Positions 60,040-64,000 of a stretch of 64,000 bases of DNA are shown piece by piece. The notes below the pieces were generated by a model that was given only the letters and a program-made list of their open reading frames with translations, ran no database searches and was not told where the DNA came from. Position 1 is the stretch's first letter; each line of letters opens with the position of its first letter. This stretch comes from Alphaproteobacteria bacterium (GTDB lineage Bacteria > Pseudomonadota > Alphaproteobacteria > SP197). The stretch lies in NCBI GenBank assembly GCA_963666905.2, contig OY763008.1, positions 4,135,469-4,199,468 on the forward strand. The letters run 5' to 3'. A program made the translations under genes and the position numbers.

Positions 60040-60719
60040 CGGTGGATGTCGCGGCCAGCCTGGCAACGGTGAAGGCGGAACTTGCCTCGGCCGCCCGTGC
60101 CGCCGGGAGGGACGGCGAAGCGGTGACGCTCGTCGCTGTCACCAAGACCCATGCAGCGGAACGCATCGTGCCTGCGATCGCGGCGGGCCACCGCGTCTTC
60201 GGCGAGAACCGCGTCCAGGAGGCGGCGGCCAAGTGGCCGCCCCTGATCGACGGGCACGGCGCCGTCGAACTCCACCTGATCGGTCCTTTGCAGACCAACA
60301 AGGCGGCCGATGCCGTGGCGCTGTTCGACGTCATCGAGAGCGTCGACCGGGAGAAGCTCGTGAAAGCGCTGGCCAGTGCGATGGAGCGCAGCGGCCGGCG
60401 GCCCCGCTGCTTCATCCAGGTCAACACGGGCGAGGAGGAACAGAAGGCAGGCTGCCTGCCGGAGGACGCCGACCGGCTGATCGACGAGGCGCGCCGGGCG
60501 GACCTCGATGTCGCCGGACTGATGTGCATCCCCCCGTTCGCCGACGAACCGTCATTCCACTTCGCCCTGCTTGCCGGCATCGCCCGGCGCAACGGCCTTC
60601 CGGGGCTGTCGATGGGCATGTCGGCCGACTATGCCGTCGCGGTGGCCTTCGGCGCCACTCACGTGCGCGTCGGCACCGCCGTCTTCGGCAGCCGGGACGG
60701 GCTCAATCCGGCGCCTTGA
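60036..60719 (+). CDS. yggS: PLP homeostasis protein (YggS family)
   Basis: [45 protein letters not shown]. Confidence 0.93.
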   Translation: MTVDVAASLATVKAELASAARAAGRDGEAVTLVAVTKTHAAERIVPAIAAGHRVFGENRVQEAAAKWPPLIDGHGAVELHLIGPLQTNKAADAVALFDVIESVDREKLVKALASAMERSGRRPRCFIQVNTGEEEQKAGCLPEDADRLIDEARRADLDVAGLMCIPPFADEPSFHFALLAGIARRNGLPGLSMGMSADYAVAVAFGATHVRVGTAVFGSRDGLNPAP

Positions 60720-60772
60720 CCGCCGGGGCGGGGCGCGCCATAAGCGGCGTTTCCCGATCTGGAGCTTCCCCG

Positions 60773-61765
60773 ATGAAGCGGGTCTTTTCCGGTGTCCAGC
60801 CGACCGGCAACCTTCACCTCGGCAACTATCTGGGCGCCCTCAAGCGGTTCGTGGCGATGCAGGAGGATTACGACTGCATCTACTGCATCGTCGATCTGCA
60901 CGCGCTCACCATGCCGTGGGACCCGGACGGCCTGCGCGATGCGACCCGGGAGGTGGCGGCGGGGTTCCTGGCCTCGGGCCTCGATCCGCAGCGCTGCGTG
61001 ATCTTCAACCAGAGCCAGTGCCCGATGCACATGCGCCTGCAGTGGATCCTCGCCTGCCTCACGCCGTTGGGCTGGCTCAACCGCATGACCCAGTTCAAGG
61101 AAAAGGCCGGCAAGCAGAGGGAGAGCGCCAGCCTGGGCCTCTACGGCTATCCGGTCCTCCAGGCCGCGGACATCATCGGCTACCACGCCACCCACGTGCC
61201 CGTCGGTGAGGACCAGAAGCAGCACCTCGAGCTCTCGAGGGACATCGCCGGCGCCTTCAACCGGAAGTTCGGCGTCGACTTCTTTCCCCTGCCCGAGGCG
61301 GTGATCCTCGGCGAGGCGACCCGCGTGATGTCGCTGCGCGACGGCACGAGGAAGATGTCGAAGTCCGACGAGAGCGATTTCTCGCGCATCAACCTCACCG
61401 ACGGCCGGGACGCCATCGCGCTCAAGATCAGGAAGGCGCGCACGGACAGCATCATGGGGGTCACCTACGATCCGGAGAACCGTCCGGAGGCCTCGAACCT
61501 CGTCAACATCTATTCGGCCCTCGCCGGCGTCGGCCGCGAAAGCGTGCTCGACGAGTTCGCCGGCGCCAGATTCAGCGACTTCAAGATGCGGCTCGCGGAC
61601 CTCGCCGTCGAGGTGCTCGGTCCGGTCGGCGAGGAGATGAAGCGTCTCGCGGGCGATCCCGGCCACGTCGACGCGGTACTGCGCGCCGGCGCCGAACGGG
61701 CGAGCGCCATCGCCGGCCCGATCCAGCGCCGGGTCGAGGAGATGACCGGCTTTCTCGTGCCCTGA
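60773..61765 (+). CDS. trpS: Tryptophan-tRNA ligase
   Basis: [24 protein letters not shown]. Confidence 0.97.
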   Translation: MKRVFSGVQPTGNLHLGNYLGALKRFVAMQEDYDCIYCIVDLHALTMPWDPDGLRDATREVAAGFLASGLDPQRCVIFNQSQCPMHMRLQWILACLTPLGWLNRMTQFKEKAGKQRESASLGLYGYPVLQAADIIGYHATHVPVGEDQKQHLELSRDIAGAFNRKFGVDFFPLPEAVILGEATRVMSLRDGTRKMSKSDESDFSRINLTDGRDAIALKIRKARTDSIMGVTYDPENRPEASNLVNIYSALAGVGRESVLDEFAGARFSDFKMRLADLAVEVLGPVGEEMKRLAGDPGHVDAVLRAGAERASAIAGPIQRRVEEMTGFLVP

Positions 61766-61797
61766 AGGCCGCAGGTCCGAATCCTGTTCCCGGACCG
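61754..61797 (+). repeat. Degenerate tRNA-fMet 3' half overlapping the trpS stop codon
   Basis: CTCGTGCCCTGAAGGCCGCAGGTCCGAATCCTGTTCCCGGACCG, about 34/45 by eye to an fMet 3' half; T-arm pairing (G)CAGG/CCTG(T) retained. Confidence 0.6.
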
Positions 61798-62051
61798 GCA
61801 TCTCCGGCGAGGGGAGGCCGGTCTTCCCGTTTCCGCGCCCGACTGTGGCCCATTCAGGGATCGCTCCGAGACCGCCGCAGGCTCCTGGTCCCCGCGATTG
61901 CAGCGGGGTCGGCATGCCGGCCCATCGCTTCGAGTTGGCGACGCCAGATCGAGTTTTCATCGATGGGGAAAGCAGGGACACTAGCGAACGTCACCCGACC
62001 TTGCCTGCCGTATCCAGCCTGCGGGCGGATCGGACAGAAGAGCCGCGGAGC

Positions 62052-62828
62052 ATGATTCATGAGCGTACTGGCGCATGTCGTCGTTGTCGGAAGGCTGCAA
62101 CGCAAGCCCTGGCCTACATACTGAAGTCCCCGGGAATGGCCCAGGCGTTCATCGGACTGCCGCGGGAATCAGGCATCGAGTTCGAGCCCGGGCACATCGA
62201 GGCAGAGCGGCAAGTCGATGACAGCCGTCCGGACCTGACGATCCATGACAGCGACGGTCGTGTGCGGGTCTTCGTGGAGAACAAGTTCTGGGCTGCGTTG
62301 ACCGATGCGCAACCGGTGACCTATCTCAAGAGCCTGCCGGAAAACCCTCTATCCGCCCTCGTGTTCGTCGTTTCCGAGCAGAGAGTGCATACGGTCTGGC
62401 GCGAGCTCAGAGAGCGATGCGGACAAGCGGAACTCGAATGGGAAGGCACGTTCGACTCCGTCTTCCAGAAGGGCGCCTATGTCAATCGCAACACGTTGAT
62501 GATCGTCAGCTGGAAAGTCGTCCTGGAGAGATTGCTGGACGGTGCCCGCTCATCTGGGAACGACACCGCCAAGGACGACATCCTCAAGTTGCAGGGGTTG
62601 ACCGGTCGGATGGATGTAAAGGCACTCCTGCCGCTCCGCGAAGATGAGCTCACCAACCAGGAAACGGCGCTTCGCCTAGTCAACTACATCGACTTGATCG
62701 AGACCATAAGGGGGGAACTCAAAGACCAAGGAGTCGCCGACAAATCGAATGCTTTTCACCAGCGGTACAACACTGGCGGTTATCTGCTGCTACGCGGGGA
62801 GTTCCGCGCTTGGCTTCGATCCCGATAA
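62052..62828 (+). pseudogene. PD-(D/E)XK nuclease-family protein, probably degraded
   Basis: ATQAL, RPDLTI, FVENKFWA.LT..QP..Y; 5' end looks frameshifted and C-terminus looks truncated; lower GC. Confidence 0.65.
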
Positions 62829-62935
62829 ATCCACCCTGGTGATTTGTGCTACTGGCGTCTCCGATGCGTCATCATCATCCGGTGGCTCGGGGATGTAATG
62901 CTGATCATGATTTTCGTTCACGATTTCCCCTTTTC

Positions 62936-63142
62936 TCATCTTGTCGGCAAGAAAATGAAGTTGAAAACATACTCTTCCAGATCCTCGGATCGTTGCAGAA
63001 CTCCAGCATTGAGCGTGCGGAAAGATTGCAGACGATCCTGGTGTAGCGCCAGACAAACGTAGCCGTAGGCTTCCACCTCTCGCACCTGGTCCTCGACAGG
63101 ACGGCTCGTGTGCACTTCTTCGATCTCAATGACGAGGGACAC
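62936..63142 (-). pseudogene. Possible C-terminal remnant of an FkbM-family methyltransferase
   Basis: SLVIEIEEVH...VEAYGY...YVFNFIFLP. Confidence 0.3.
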
Positions 63143-63278
63143 AAGGTGGATATCGTCATCTTCTCACCGATCCTGGCCTACCCGCGAGAGGTGCCCCCCA
63201 ATGTGCGCTTGATTGTACTCCAGGCCTTTCAACCGGACATGCTTAACTCATGACTTGTGAGCGTTTACGCCATGGTTC

Positions 63279-64000
63279 ATGAAGATCGGACTGAGACACG
63301 TGTCGGCGGCAGCGATCGTCTGGCTGAGATCGGCGCTCGCGGCTGGCGGGCAGACACGAGCTTCGCTGGCTCGAGAGCTGTGCCGGCGGGAGAACTGGCG
63401 TAACCCCAAGGGCGATCTGTGCCTGGCCTCGGCCCGCGTGGCGCTGCCCAGGATCGCGAGCGAGCTTGACCTTGCCCTGCCGCCGTCGCGGGGGGCGCCG
63501 CGGCGCCGGCCGGCGCCCCGGGACGACCCGGACCTGGCCGTCGCCTGTTCCCTCGGGGACCTCGGCGAGGTCGAGGTGACGCCGCAGGCCGCAGGCGAGG
63601 CGCCGCTGGCGCGGGCGATGCTGGCGACCTGGCATCCCGAGGGCGAGGCGCGCACGCCGGGGGCGCGGGTGAGCTACTGGATCCACTCGCCGCGCCTGGG
63701 CCGTCTGGGACTGCTGGTGTTCTCCGCCGCCGGCTGGCACCAGAAGGCCCGGGACACCTTCATCGGCTGGTCGCAGAGCGCCCGCGACGCCCATCTCGAC
63801 AAGCTCGTCGTCAATGACCGGTTCCTGCTGCTGCCTTCGGTCAGGGTCGCGGGACTGGCCTCCCATGTCCTCGCTCTTGCCGTCAGACGCCTGCCCGGGG
63901 ACTGGCAGGCGAAGTACGGCGTCAGGCCGTTGCTGGCCTACACCTACGTCGCCCCGGAGCATGCCGGCACCAGCTACCTGGCGGCGGGCTGGCAGTGCTG
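63279..64000 (+). CDS. DUF4338 (DruA-like) domain protein, partial; probably the first domain of an IS4-like element gene
   Basis: Open frame MKIGLRH...LARELC...W...RDTFIGWS...NDRFLLLP.VRV.GLASHVL...DWQAKYG.RPLL..TYV...GTSY.AAGW. Confidence 0.8.
   Translation, partial: MKIGLRHVSAAAIVWLRSALAAGGQTRASLARELCRRENWRNPKGDLCLASARVALPRIASELDLALPPSRGAPRRRPAPRDDPDLAVACSLGDLGEVEVTPQAAGEAPLARAMLATWHPEGEARTPGARVSYWIHSPRLGRLGLLVFSAAGWHQKARDTFIGWSQSARDAHLDKLVVNDRFLLLPSVRVAGLASHVLALAVRRLPGDWQAKYGVRPLLAYTYVAPEHAGTSYLAAGWQC

Noticed and set aside
63279-64000. Calling a Druantia defence system
   Set aside because: Only a partial DUF4338 is visible; no DruE or other partners in the window.

Overview
High-GC (about 70% by eye) chromosomal segment of an alphaproteobacterium, Rhodospirillales-like by gene order. 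It is mostly conserved housekeeping blocks: folD, cytochrome c, kdsB-pheA, xseA/purD, tadA/rluB/rsmD/mutL, ribF-ileS-lspA, argC, phaC, hom-glpX-recJ-tRNA-Glu, tRNA-Arg and yggS-trpS. Between them lie many solute-binding and amine/amide-catabolic genes: three orphan Tat-exported PotD-like proteins, a BetC-like sulfatase, a Rieske oxygenase, an amidase, two creatinase/DoeA-like M24 proteins, GGT, a PhyH dioxygenase and a sulfotransferase. Three decayed accessory patches are present: about 10.4-12.1 kb (frameshifted Abi-like HEPN gene with an upstream hairpin), about 46.2-48.2 kb after tRNA-Glu (fragmented helicase-associated-domain gene), and about 61.8-64 kb (PD-(D/E)XK remnant plus the start of a DUF4338 gene). 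The most notable unannotated signals are: two degenerate tRNA-fMet 3' halves at core/accessory borders, one supplying the trpS stop codon; a candidate RNA antitoxin hairpin before the Abi gene; and a 34-aa basic peptide gene divergent from a GcvA-like LysR regulator. All calls come from reading motifs by eye; no database searches were run.
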